Source: the human T2T-CHM13v2.0 reference genome, Homo sapiens | Direction of reading: 5' to 3' | Assembly: GCA_009914755.4 (NCBI GenBank) | Contig: CP068257.2 | Span: 38,560,001-38,624,000, forward strand | Length of the DNA: 64,000 nt | Shown: positions 1-11,470 of the stretch, one piece after another | Numbering within the stretch: position 1 is the first letter of the stretch | Layout: each line of letters opens with the position of its first letter | Made by a program: the position numbers and the translations under genes | The notes under the pieces: generated by a model | What the model saw: only the letters and a program-made list of their open reading frames with translations | Database searches by the model: none | Told to the model about the DNA's origin: nothing

Positions 1-239
1 AAAGTAGTGAGGAGCAGCTGCATAATTCTACAAACACACGTTTGTCTTCTACAGGAGTTGGGTGGGTGGGCGAGAGGCATGCTCTGTGTTGGACAAAGGG
101 AACCAAGACAGTATTTAGTAAAAATCAAAATACGACAAAGAATAGCTGGTGCCCAGATGGGGAAAGGCTGAAGTCATGTAATAACTACTTATTAAATAAA
201 TGGCTGATTTATTTAACCTACTTATTTAATTAGCACATC

Positions 240-640
240 CTATGTGCTAAACACCAATCTAGGTGCCTGGGATACAGCAGTGAGTGAGCAGAACAAGCAA
301 CTCCACCTGCCCTGGTGGGATGGGATCAAAGCAGACCATAAGCAAAATAAATCAACAACTTATACAGTACACTGGGTGCTGATACAAGCGACTGCTAGAA
401 GGAGAGTGGTAAGGGAGGCAGGGGACCCAGTGGAGTGGGCAGTGGGTTGAATTTTAATAGGGTGGCCAGGATTGGATTCTTGGAGAATAATATTTGAAAG
501 TGGTAAGGGAAGAGACGAAGAACATTTCAGAACATTCCAGAACTGTTCCAGAACCTTTCAGGATAGCAGACAGGGGTATACACAATGTGTATGAGGGACA
601 GCAAGAAGGCCAATAACTTTCTTTAGATTTAATTCCCAAA
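240..640. repeat. Ancient interspersed repeat fragment (MIR/mammalian-wide type), unclassified. A related copy lies around 13020-13440.
   Basis: Contains the widely recurring motif …tgctaa.caccaatctaggtgcctgggatacagcagtgag…ccctgccctggtggga…. Family assignment was not resolved. Confidence 0.3.
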
Positions 641-2224
641 GTTTCTTCAAACCCAGGATGGAGGAGAATGACAAAAATCTACAGAGGCAGATCGCTGAGG
701 GCCTGGTTGGTCATGGGGTGTGCTCGGCTCTTCTCGCTGAGTGAATGCTGTGCATTTGACTCTTACTGAAGAACACATTGATGCCGCCCTCTGCACTAAT
801 GAGCACTGCTAGCCCTGTGTTTGCTTCACATGCTCCTGACTTTTATTCCTTCTGCCCTCATTCCATCCTCTCCCCTCCACCCCAGCTCAGCACATAGGAA
901 ACTCTTCTTCCAGATCACAGCTGCTGCCCCGGAATGGGAGGAAAGATGAGGCAAGGACTTAACTCAGTGCCAGATTCATTGGAAACCCAGTGACTCTGCA
1001 TCATGACCCTTCCATAATCCACACCTTCTATTCTCTGATGGTCTGTCAAATTCAGTGGTGTTTCAATGAGCACCCACTAATTGAAGCTGCATGTTCTATG
1101 CACAGATTTATAGTGAAAATAATGAAGGGGGCAGCCATCCCAAACTCGGTCACAAGGCACTAAGTGACTCATGACCTGCAGGGGGCAGCTGCTAATGGGG
1201 AAGTTGGTCTGTAGCAAGGGTTAGCTGTGAATGTCATGTGTCACGTGGCTGATCCGTGTCAAAGAGACACACTTCGGGTCCATTAACAGCTCATCTCATT
1301 AACTCCGACTGTGTCACTTATTCTCTTGACTGCTCCTTTGTTGTGGGGGCTGCTGGTGCTAGGGGTGGTTGGGGAAGCCATGAAGACTGCGCTGAATGGT
1401 GTGGTCTTGGCTTCATGGCTATTCTCTGAGGTCGAGTGTATTAAAGTGGTATGATAACGCTTTATGCACTTTCACATGCAACACATGCAAATAAACTGAG
1501 TAGTTTGGGGTTGGAGCAATGAGATTTCCCAACATTAGGTAGGGACACTATGCCAGTGGCAGCAATCCCTTCCTCACTAAGCTTTGCAGTAGATACAGCA
1601 GAAATCTAAAACTCAAATTCCCATGGTGGCCAGACTTCATCAGAGATCCATAAACATTTCTGTAAAGACTCAGATAGTACAAATTTTGGGCTTTATGGGC
1701 CCATGTTATTCTTTTTTTTTTTTTTTAAAGATGAAAAAACTATGCTTAGTTCAAGGTCTGTAGGTGAAGTTTGGCTCACCGACTGTAGTTTGCTGATCCT
1801 TCAATGAATGGAGGATGGGAACTATGGCTCACTGAGGGGGTATGGTCAGCCTCTGGGATGGCCACTCCATGCTTAACTCCAGCTCATTGCTGCCAAGCAG
1901 GAACTCAAGAGGAACTCAAAATTTAGATTTTCAGCTGAAATTTCCAGATTTTAAAAATTAACATCGAATTTAAAAGTTTCGCACAACACTGAGCCGACTC
2001 ACATCCACAGGCCTGGTCTGTCGTGGGCTGCAGCTTATGGCCTGGGACATGCCCTATTCCATCAGGATGCGGGGAGGGCACCTCAAGCTCCAGATGCAGC
2101 CATTTCATGGGTGGTCACTGGAGCTCTGATGGGGGCTGTATTCTTTCCCCATCTTCTTTCCTCTCAGCCTTCCTGTCCTATCTTTCACCTTTCTCTACTT
2201 TTCTGCATGAAGTCCTTGTCTTAG

Positions 2225-2624
<400 letters not shown>

Positions 2625-2937
2625 TAGAGGCTGACAATTCCAAGATCAAGATGCCAGATTTGGTGTCTGGTCAGGGCTCATTCTTCTGGTTCATAGATAG
2701 TGCCTTCTTCCCATGTCCTCCCGGGGCAGAAGGGGTAAGTGATCTTATTGGGCCTTGGGCCTATTGTATAAGGGCATACTGATGCTATTAATGATGGGTC
2801 CACCCTCACTTCCTAAAGGCCCCACTTCTTAATATTATTGCATTAGGAATTAGGTTTCAGGATATTCATTTGAAAGGGAAGGCATGAACATTCAGACCAG
2901 GGCACCCTTCAGAATTTCACTGTGGGTTTAATCCAGC

Positions 2938-2953
2938 ATATATTTTCTCAACA

Positions 2954-2999
<46 letters not shown>

Positions 3000-3032
3000 C
3001 ACACACACACGCACACACACATACTCTGCTCA
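2938..3032. repeat. (CA)n/(AC)n dinucleotide microsatellite of about 45 units with a few interruptions.
   Basis: A run of acacac… read directly from the sequence. Confidence 0.95.
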
Positions 3033-6000
3033 TTGTGACACCCATTCTAAAGGCAATACTGTGGGTAATGTTTATAAACGTTCATCTCATACTTTCATCT
3101 CCCTTATGCCAGACACACACAAGGGACAGAATTGTAAGCACATATGCCCCCTGATGTGGAGGGGGCCACAGCCCCTCCACATCAGGTGGTATATCATCAT
3201 GGACAGCAGGGTCCATGAAGACATGATGATACACCTCAAAGGCTACTGTCAGCAAAATCCCTCCTCTGTCCTGAGCTGAGTAGTCCCTAACTACACATGG
3301 GAGATGGAAAAAGGCATTGCACCAGGGAGGAAGGCATTCTTGAACTTGACTTTTCAAGGAAGGGCACAGAAAAGGAGACATGGAACTTGTAGTGCCTTCA
3401 AGACAGGGGAAGAAGCACAACAATAGGGGTCTGGGAGCATGCAAAGGCAGGTGAGTGCTGGGCATTGGGCTCTGGGGAGTCACTAAGTGTCATTGCAAAG
3501 TAGTAGCATTGGGGGGCATCCTCGTGTGCCCAAGACTTGGGTACTAGATTACAGTAAAAGTGAGTGGGCTGACAGCTTCCGGAGGCTCCCATATGAGGAA
3601 TAAGGGAACAGTGGGACAAGGTCACCTCAAGACAGCTACAGCTCCTAAAAAGATGTGCCTTTGGGTTTACCTGCTGGGAAGGGGCAGCAGTGTCTACAGC
3701 CCCTGCTCAATACTCTAATGAGGATGCCTTTGGCCAGAGCACCCCATTCTAGGTAAGTCACACATGGGAAATTGACTTTTTAATTTCAGTCATGCAAACC
3801 TATGAACCAAGACAAAGACAAGTTATCTGCTGTAGCTTTTCATTTCTAGAACCTGCTCCTTTCCTTCCCTTCCCCTTAGCTCCTCTGAATATTAAAGGAG
3901 AGGGGCTGTGTGGGGCTGCCACAGCCAGCACACCCAGATACAATACAAAAGGCCAGCCTGGGAGCCAAAGAGGCAGCATCTGCATCTGTCTGCAGACATG
4001 CCAGGCAGCTGCCCTGCAGACCAGCACCCCAGAGGCTCTTCACCTGGCCTTCTGGCAGGGAGAGAGCTGCTTCCATGGCAACTGCCAGCCGCAGCAGAGG
4101 TCACAGAGGAAACGAAGAAAAAAGCAACAACAGCAGCATTAATAATGGCAATCAGAAAAGCAGGTGCAAAATGCACCACCGGAAAAATGCTGTTTTCCCG
4201 AGGAGGTGGCTGGGATGGGGCGAGATTAGAAAAGGGCTTGAGAGAGAAGGAGAAGATTGAGCAGGAAGTCAGAGATGACATTTTGGGCTGAAGGATGGGG
4301 ACAGCTTATTCTCCCTAAGTACCCAGCATAATGAAATCTCAGGGATCTGAGGAAGTTAGTGGGTTGTTTACATACATAATTAAATACAATTCTATTTTTT
4401 GCAGAAGCAGATTAACACTTATTTCCCACTTATTTCTGAGACATGCAAAGTATTTTCAGAGCTTGAGTTTTTTTCAGTGATCAGATATGTCTGTGTAAGG
4501 AGCAGAAAGGCATCATAATGTCCATTTTGCAGATGAGAAATCATACAGAGAATCCAAGTCTCAGAAATGGCTCACTCTCAGGCACTTCAGCCTAAAGATC
4601 TTCTGTCACTCACTCTTGAAAACAATTTTCAAGAACTGACATCTTCCAGCATTGAAAAATGGGCATTCCTCTGCAGTTCAGGAAGAGTTGTACATTTTAA
4701 CCTATTCTCTTGAAGACAACACTGATTACAGATATCAGAAGGGTGAAAATGTTGCATTTGATTGATCCAGCCATCTGACTTCTTAGGATTTAATCTAAGA
4801 AAATGATCTTGGAGATAGCAAAAGACATACCACCAGGATGTTCATTGTAGTGGTGTTTATACTAATGAAAACTCGAAAATAATTGACCCGTTTGGCAATA
4901 TGAGATTTGTTAAACACATAGTGAGAGATATCATTACAAATTGTAGAAAAGTACTTAAGAGATACATAAGCTCCATTTATATTTGGGATGCTGTTAATGA
5001 GGGTAGCAGAGATGAGGTGGTGGGAAGGAAGCCAAGATCAACCTCTCTTGAAAGTTGCAACAAACCTCCGGTCTTCTGTTAGCCATCTGGGTGTGGCAAT
5101 CACCTTAATCTTGGTGATGGAGAAACAGGGACTTGAGACTAAGCTGCCATCTTCCCTGCAGTAGGGAGTGGCTGATTGCTCTGATGGTGGGCAGGAAAAG
5201 AAGAGGTAGGTTTGGGAGCTGGACACCCTTTCCCTACAATAAATGGGCCAGGCATGCAATCCTTGTGGATGAAACCCAAGCGCAGTGGCTTCCTCTCCTC
5301 CTGCCAGGAGGCGGGCTGACAATCAGCATTCATGGACCATTGCCTGATTGCTCAGTTCTCTGCACACCTGTTAATTTCACCCCCCCGGAAACATGAGTGG
5401 CTCGCAGTGTGTTAAGGGGTGTGAATACACTGGTGCGTGCCTGTGTGCATGTGCGTGTGTGGGTGATGAAATTATTTAGCCAGTTATCACTGCCTGTTCC
5501 TGGGTTAGCTCTCAGTGGGAAAATGATGGAAGCTGTTTTGCCTTCTCCACAATGCTTATCTCTATCTTCTGAATTTGCAACACTAAATATAATGTTGTTT
5601 GTAATAGAAAAAAGAGCAAAAACATTATTTTTAAATATTGATGTTTCTAGTCAATAAAATAATCTGTTCCCCTTCCCACATCTCCCGCACAGTAAGCATG
5701 CTTGCAGATTCCTAGTTAAGCATTACTGCTTCCTCCCACACTGGACTTCACAGGGTCTCAGGAAAGAAACACACTCACGGTTCTCCTGTCAACCTGGATT
5801 CCATGTGTCCAAACAAAGGAATTGTAAAACGGCATGATTCTTTGAATCTCACCAGATTGTTAGCCTCATACGTCTTTCTTTTAAGTCTTGGGTATGGGAA
5901 ACTTGAACTAAATCCTATTTGAAGAGCAGTGCCTTCAAAGTAAGATGCAGAGCGCTGTCTGCGTTTTTTATAGGGCACAGAACTACGGAGAGCACGCATC

Positions 6001-6112
6001 AAAGACCTCCGCCTAGCACGGGCAAAGGTCTGCTTCTGCATTTAAGCATCTGAGCCCTCAAGAGTTAGCTCCCGGGCTCCTCTGGAGCAAGGTTCCGCCC
6101 GGTCCCACGTAC

Positions 6113-6280
6113 CTGCCTCGTCCGCCGTGATGGTGAGCTCGTTGCTGGGCTCGCTCTTGCCAATCCGGTTCTTGGCGTACATGCGGATGCTGTAGGTGGA
6201 GGAAGGGTGGATATCAATGATGGTGGCCGAGTTCAGCTGAGGGGAAACATCTTTGGTTCTCTGAGCAGAATCCCAGGAGT
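6113..6280 (-). CDS. DSCAM: Coding exon, 168 nt (phase 1 in, phase 1 out), remainder of FN3 domain 1. It encodes (D)[55 protein letters not shown].
   Basis: Donor GGCAG|gtacgt (GT at 6112-6111). Acceptor aaacccaaaag|AC (AG at 6282-6281) with a polypyrimidine tract (tctctatctcttcttttt) further upstream. The trailing G of the previous exon plus AC gives Asp, keeping the frame. The FN3 C-terminal signature is present (TxYxIRMYAxNxIGKSEPS). The acceptor is A-rich near the AG, so the exact 5' boundary is less certain than the donor. Confidence 0.8.
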
Positions 6281-6367
6281 CTTTTGGGTTTTGTTTTTCA
6301 AAAAAGAAGAGATAGAGACGTGAGTTTTTTTCCTCTGCCTTTGAAAGTTCACAAGTAGGAATTAAAA

Positions 6368-6396
6368 ACCAAAAAAAAAAAAAAAAAAAAAAAAAG
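6368..6396. repeat. Poly(A) tract of about 27 nt followed by a GAAA-rich tail.
   Basis: Read directly from the sequence. Confidence 0.9.
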
Positions 6397-7189
6397 ACGG
6401 AAAGAAAGAAAAATTACACTCAAAGTGATTTCTGAATGCAATGTTCCCAGCTTTCTGGCAGAGTTGGCCATCAGAGGGGATGTGACATCCCACACACATT
6501 ATTCACGCTGCGAGGGACATGGGGCAACAAGCCAGCTGAGTTCAGGGAGGGGTGATGGAGGAAGCACAGATCAGCCGACTGGGGGAGATCTCAGAAGGCA
6601 AATTCCAGTGGTGGAAGCTCAGGTTAGTGGAATGGACGATGGCCACTGTAAGCACTCATTGTATAGGACAGTACAATGAACTATGGTTTGGATAGTACCC
6701 CTGGGCCCCCCCAAAATCCCTGGCATTTGAAAACCAGCAAAACTTCAAGCCATATCAGATCCTTTCCTCCCCAAATAGAGTGTGGTAAAAACAAGATAAT
6801 CCCATACAAACCAATCTCAAGTTCCAGAATAAATCCTGATTACCAAACATATTTTTTCAGTTCTATTTTTTGAAATCATTTAGTGCCAAATCCTTGGTTG
6901 TAGGAATTATTTTTCAACCACAGCTAATTATAACAGCAGCACCTACTTTGTGTGAAATGTTATCACTGAATCTGTGACATTTTGTATCTGGTGGTTTTCA
7001 GGCTTCAAGCAAGGATGAGAATGTCAATACGTGGTTCTTATATCAAAAGAGTTTGGGCAGTTGTTGACTGTAGGTGTGTGGTCGACAGCTGGTATTGGCT
7101 GGGGATGAAAAAAGGAGGGCCCAAGACAGTAGACAGAGATGGTGCCTACATATTCCCACCCTCCTCAGGGTCTGCCTTGGTGGTGCTCA

Positions 7190-7350
7190 CCACACAAGTA
7201 AGTCTTCCATGGATAATCTGAATCTGTGTTCCCTGCTAGACTTTAAGCTCCAGGAGGGCAGAGGCCATGCTGGCCATACCCAGTCTTTTATCCCTAGTGC
7301 TAGCACAGTGCCTGGCTCATAGTAGACAAATAGTACATGAATGTTTAATA
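7190..7350 (+). mobile_element. MIR-type SINE fragment (3' portion).
   Basis: …ctagcacagtgcctggctcatagtagacaaatagtacatgaatgtttaat resembles the MIR 3' end (…cttagcacagtgcctggcacatagtaagcgctcaataaatg…). Confidence 0.5.
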
Positions 7351-9639
7351 GAGGAACAAATAAACCACAAATACATGGACCTCTGAGTCTTGGGAATGGG
7401 GCCAATCACTTTGTCACACTAAGGGTGAGTATGGCAGTTTAGGGGACTTCTCTGTCCAGAGTTAAACATAAATGCAAGAGATTTTCTGGAATTGAAGAAA
7501 AAATATGTGGCTTAAAGACTGCTTTTGGATACTGTAACTTCTCAGAGAATGAAGCCTAATAGAATCTGACAATGAATATTGCAGTTAGAAGGAAAAAGCA
7601 TATTTGGGGTCAAGAAGATTAGAGGTGGAAAAACATGAAATACAAAGAGTTGGAAAAAAATTGACAAGGGGAAGAATGGGATTCAATGGAAGACAAATGA
7701 GGAGAGGAAATTTTATATCAATGAAACGGCACACACCTATGAGGCTTGTCCCACAGAGAGAAAGCCAGACCTTCTGCAGAGATGTTTAGGAGGATGAGGA
7801 GGAATGCCAGGTGCCACAAGATGCAGAGACATTTGCTAAGTAGCCCCTGGAGGAAGTAGGCAGTTGTGGTGGTTGATGCCTCTGCCCAGGCAACATTGAA
7901 GTTTCTGAAACTGACGGGGCCAATGAAGATACAGCCATCTTCACTGGAGGCTCTTGTCTGGGAGTTGGCAGGCAGCCTGGAGAGGCATATGAGTGTCCAT
8001 GACTGCAGTCCCTTACACCAATCCAAGGCATATGGTGGACCTGGGTAGGGTGGGGACAGTCCCCTCTTGGTGGTCACTGGGCACCTCCACATCCATGCCC
8101 TATAGGTTCCTTTAGCTCAGCCCCTATCTCAGTGATGTCACCTTGTTCAACAGTCTCCCAGTGTGACTTATAAATCCTCTCTGATGCTGCGTTTGCACCC
8201 TGTCTGTAGCAACTACCACTAACTCCCTCCAATGGGCTGGGGGACCCGTTACAAAGCCCATCCTCACCCTCCTGTCCGTGGCCTTCCCAGACTCTCCCCA
8301 GTCACACTTGCCACTTTTCAGATCTTGGATGTCCATGCATACATTTCTGTTTGTGTTTTACGCCTAAGAACTTTTTTATTGGGTCAATGGTGCATTCTTC
8401 CTAGTTATATTTATATCTCAATTTTCAGTTTCCTCCTCCCATCAGGTCAATGTGCTGGGCATTTTCAAACGTGACTTCTGTGGCCCCAAATCTGTGGGCA
8501 CATTGGAAACACCTTGGGGCTTTTTGATAATTCTGCTTTCAGACCTACCAAACCAGAGTCTCTGGGGAATGGTGCCCAGAAACCTGTGCTTTTAAAAAGG
8601 CTCCCTATCTTGGTCATTCCGATGTATAGTTTGGACAGACTGCTTCATTTGATTAAAATTGTACAACATCCTGTCAAGGTAAGGTTTTTATTTCCTTAGT
8701 GAAAGTCAAGAAACTCAAGCCCTGTTACATAGCTGGTAACAAGAAGGGCTGGGATTTGGCCTCGCCTGTGTTATCTCCAAGTTCAAGGTCATTTTTCTGT
8801 AATGCATGACCTCCACATACTCTCTGAAAACACCTAATAAGACAGGATTTTGATATTTCCGGGCACCTGCTGAAAATCTCGTATGCCTAGAAGAAGACCT
8901 TCTGGCAAATTATTGACTTGACAATGCACAGAAATCGTTTGGTCAAATGTAAGAGAAGAAAACTTTGGCCAAGAATGACTGTACCATCTGTGGGTTTGTA
9001 GGAAGACTGAGAGGGCTGTATAGGCTCGGAGTTGCAGCCTGGTTTAGGAAGATGTCAGAAGCATTCACGAAAGAGTGGGCGGGATGCCATGGCTTGCTCC
9101 AGGGAGACTGGTGGTGTAGGAGGATGGGGCAGTTCAGAGTCCCACTGCAGCCTCTGTGAGGTGAGGAAGGAGTGAAGAGCTGACAGGAGCCAGTGAGACT
9201 GCGCTGGGTGCTTGCTGGGGAGCTCGCCTTGGGGGTCAGATACCCCAAATCCAGTGGATGCAAGAGCAACAAGGACTAATATAAGAGAGTGGACTTGGTA
9301 TGAAGAAGTGCTGTTAGAGGCTAAAGACCAGAATGAGTGAAGGTGACTGAAAGTTCTGGAGGTGAATTACATGAAAGGTTTAACAATGGAGAGGTAGCTG
9401 GGAGAGGGAGCGGGCCCTTCATGTTGGTGAATAGGAGGAGGTGTGGGGACACAGGAGAGCCCCTTGTTCTCTGTCTTATTCTTCTCAAGGATAACAGTCC
9501 TCAGGGTGAACTAGGGGTGGGAAGACCAAGAGAGGAGAGGGGTTGGGGTGTGCACCTTCTGTGTCAGAGTCTGTGTTTCCTGGTTACCTTTCAGGGTGTG
9601 ACAGAGCTTGCCATGGTGCTGAAACCTGGTCAGAGACCT

Positions 9640-11470
9640 GTGAGCCACCACGGACAGGAGGGAGGGACAAGAGAAACTGTGGACAGGACGGAGGCACCGG
9701 AGAAACTGTGGACAGCAGAGGCCAACAGAGAAACCGTGGACAGGAGGGAGGTACCAGAGAAACTGTGGACAGGAGGGGCCAGCAGAGAAACCGTGGACAG
9801 AACGGGCCACCAGAGAAACCGTGGACAGGAGGGGGCTACCAGAGAAACCGTGGACAGGGGGGGGTTACCAGAGAAACCGTGGACAGGGGGGGGTTACCAG
9901 AGAAACCGTGGACGGGAGGGGGTTACCAGAGAAACCGTGGACGGGGGGGCTACCAGAGAAACCGTGGACAGGAGGGGGTTACCAGAGAAACCGTGGACGG
10001 GGGGGGGGGGTTACCAGAGAAACCGTGGACGGGGGGGGGGGGTTACCAGAGAAACCGTGGACGGGGGGGCTACCAGAGAAACCGTGGACGGGGGGGGCTA
10101 CCAGAGAAACCGTGGACGGGGGGGGGGTTACCAGAGAAACCGTGGACGGGGGGGGGGTTACCAGAGAAACCGTGGACGGGGGGGGGGCCACCAGAGAAAC
10201 CGTGGACGGGGGGGGGTTACCAGAGAAACCGTGGACGGGGGGGCTACCAGAGAAACCGTGGACGGGGGGGGGTTACCAGAGAAACCGTGGACGGGGGGGG
10301 GTTACCAGAGAAACCGTGGACAGGAGGGGGTTACCAGAGAAACCGTGGACGGGGGGGGTTACCAGAGAAACCGTGGACGGGGGGGGCCAGCAGAGAAACC
10401 GTGGACAGAACGGGCCACCAGAGAAACCGTGGACAGGAGGGGGTTACCAGAGAAACCGTGGACAGGAGGGGGTTACCAGAGAAACCGTGGACAGGAGGGG
10501 GTTACCAGAGAAACCGTGGACAGAACGGGCCACCAGAGAAACCGTGGACAGGAGGGGGGTACCAGAGAAACCGTGGACGGGGGGGGTTACCAGAGAAACC
10601 GTGGACAGAACGGGCCACCAGAGAAACCGTGGACAGGAGGGGGGTACCAGAGAAACCGTGGACGGGGGGGGTTACCAGAGAAACCGTGGACAGAACGGGC
10701 CACCAGAGAAACCGTGGACAGGAGGGGGGTACCAGAGAAACCGTGGACAGGAGGGGGTTACCAGAGAAACCGTGGACGGGGGGGCTACCAGAGAAACCGT
10801 GGACGGGGGGGGGTTACCAGAGAAACCGTGGACGGGGGGGGGTTACCAGAGAAACCGTGGACAGGAGGGGGTTACCAGAGAAACCGTGGACGGGGGGGGT
10901 TACCAGAGAAACCGTGGACGGGGGGGGCCAGCAGAGAAACCGTGGACAGAACGGGCCACCAGAGAAACCGTGGACAGGAGGGGGTTACCAGAGAAACCGT
11001 GGACAGGAGGGGGTTACCAGAGAAACCGTGGACGGGGGGGGTTACCAGAGAAACCGTGGACAGAACGGGCCACCAGAGAAACCGTGGACAGGAGGGGGGT
11101 ACCAGAGAAACCGTGGACGGGAGGGGGTTACCAGAGAAACCGTGGACAGGAGGGGGTTACCAGAGAAACCGTGGACGGGGGGGCTACCAGAGAAACCGTG
11201 GACAGGAGGGGGCTACCAGAGAAACCGTGGACAGGAGGGGGCTACCAGAGAAACCGTGGACGGGGGGGGCCACCAGAGAAACCGTGGACGGGGGGGCTAC
11301 CAGAGAAACCGTGGACGGGGGGGGGTTACCAGAGAAACCGTGGACGGGGGGGGTTACCAGAGAAACCGTGGACGGGGGGGGCCACCAGAGAAACCGTGGA
11401 CGGGGGGGGTTACCAGAGAAACCGTGGACAGGAGAGGCAACAAGAGAACCTGCGGACAGGAGATGGCCCC
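9640..11470. repeat. Large minisatellite/VNTR of about 60 tandem copies of a roughly 28-32 bp unit, consensus GGACAGGAGGGGGTTACCAGAGAAACCGT, with variable G4-G9 runs. The edges are more diverged than the centre. A higher-order periodicity of about 540 bp is visible.
   Basis: The sequence 'ccagagaaaccgtggac' is repeated head-to-tail across about 1.8 kb. Variant units are (…GGGGGGTTACCAG / …GGGGGCTACCAG / …GGGGCCAGCAG / ACAGAACGGGCCACCAG). The block 'ggggccagcagagaaaccgtggacagaacgggccaccag' recurs at about 9775, 10381 and 10921. Confidence 0.95.

Noticed and set aside
6109-6238. Initial call of the last exon with its acceptor at 'tttcccctcag|CTGAAC'
   Set aside because: With that boundary the frame from the previous exon hits a stop. 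Extending to the AG at 6282-6281 keeps the frame open and adds [15 protein letters not shown], which fits FN3 domain length. The longer exon was adopted.
9640-11470. Possible CRISPR array or prokaryotic repeat system, considered given the task framing
   Set aside because: The units are contiguous with no unique spacers. The region sits in Alu/L1-rich primate DNA inside a gene intron. It is a eukaryotic VNTR, not CRISPR.
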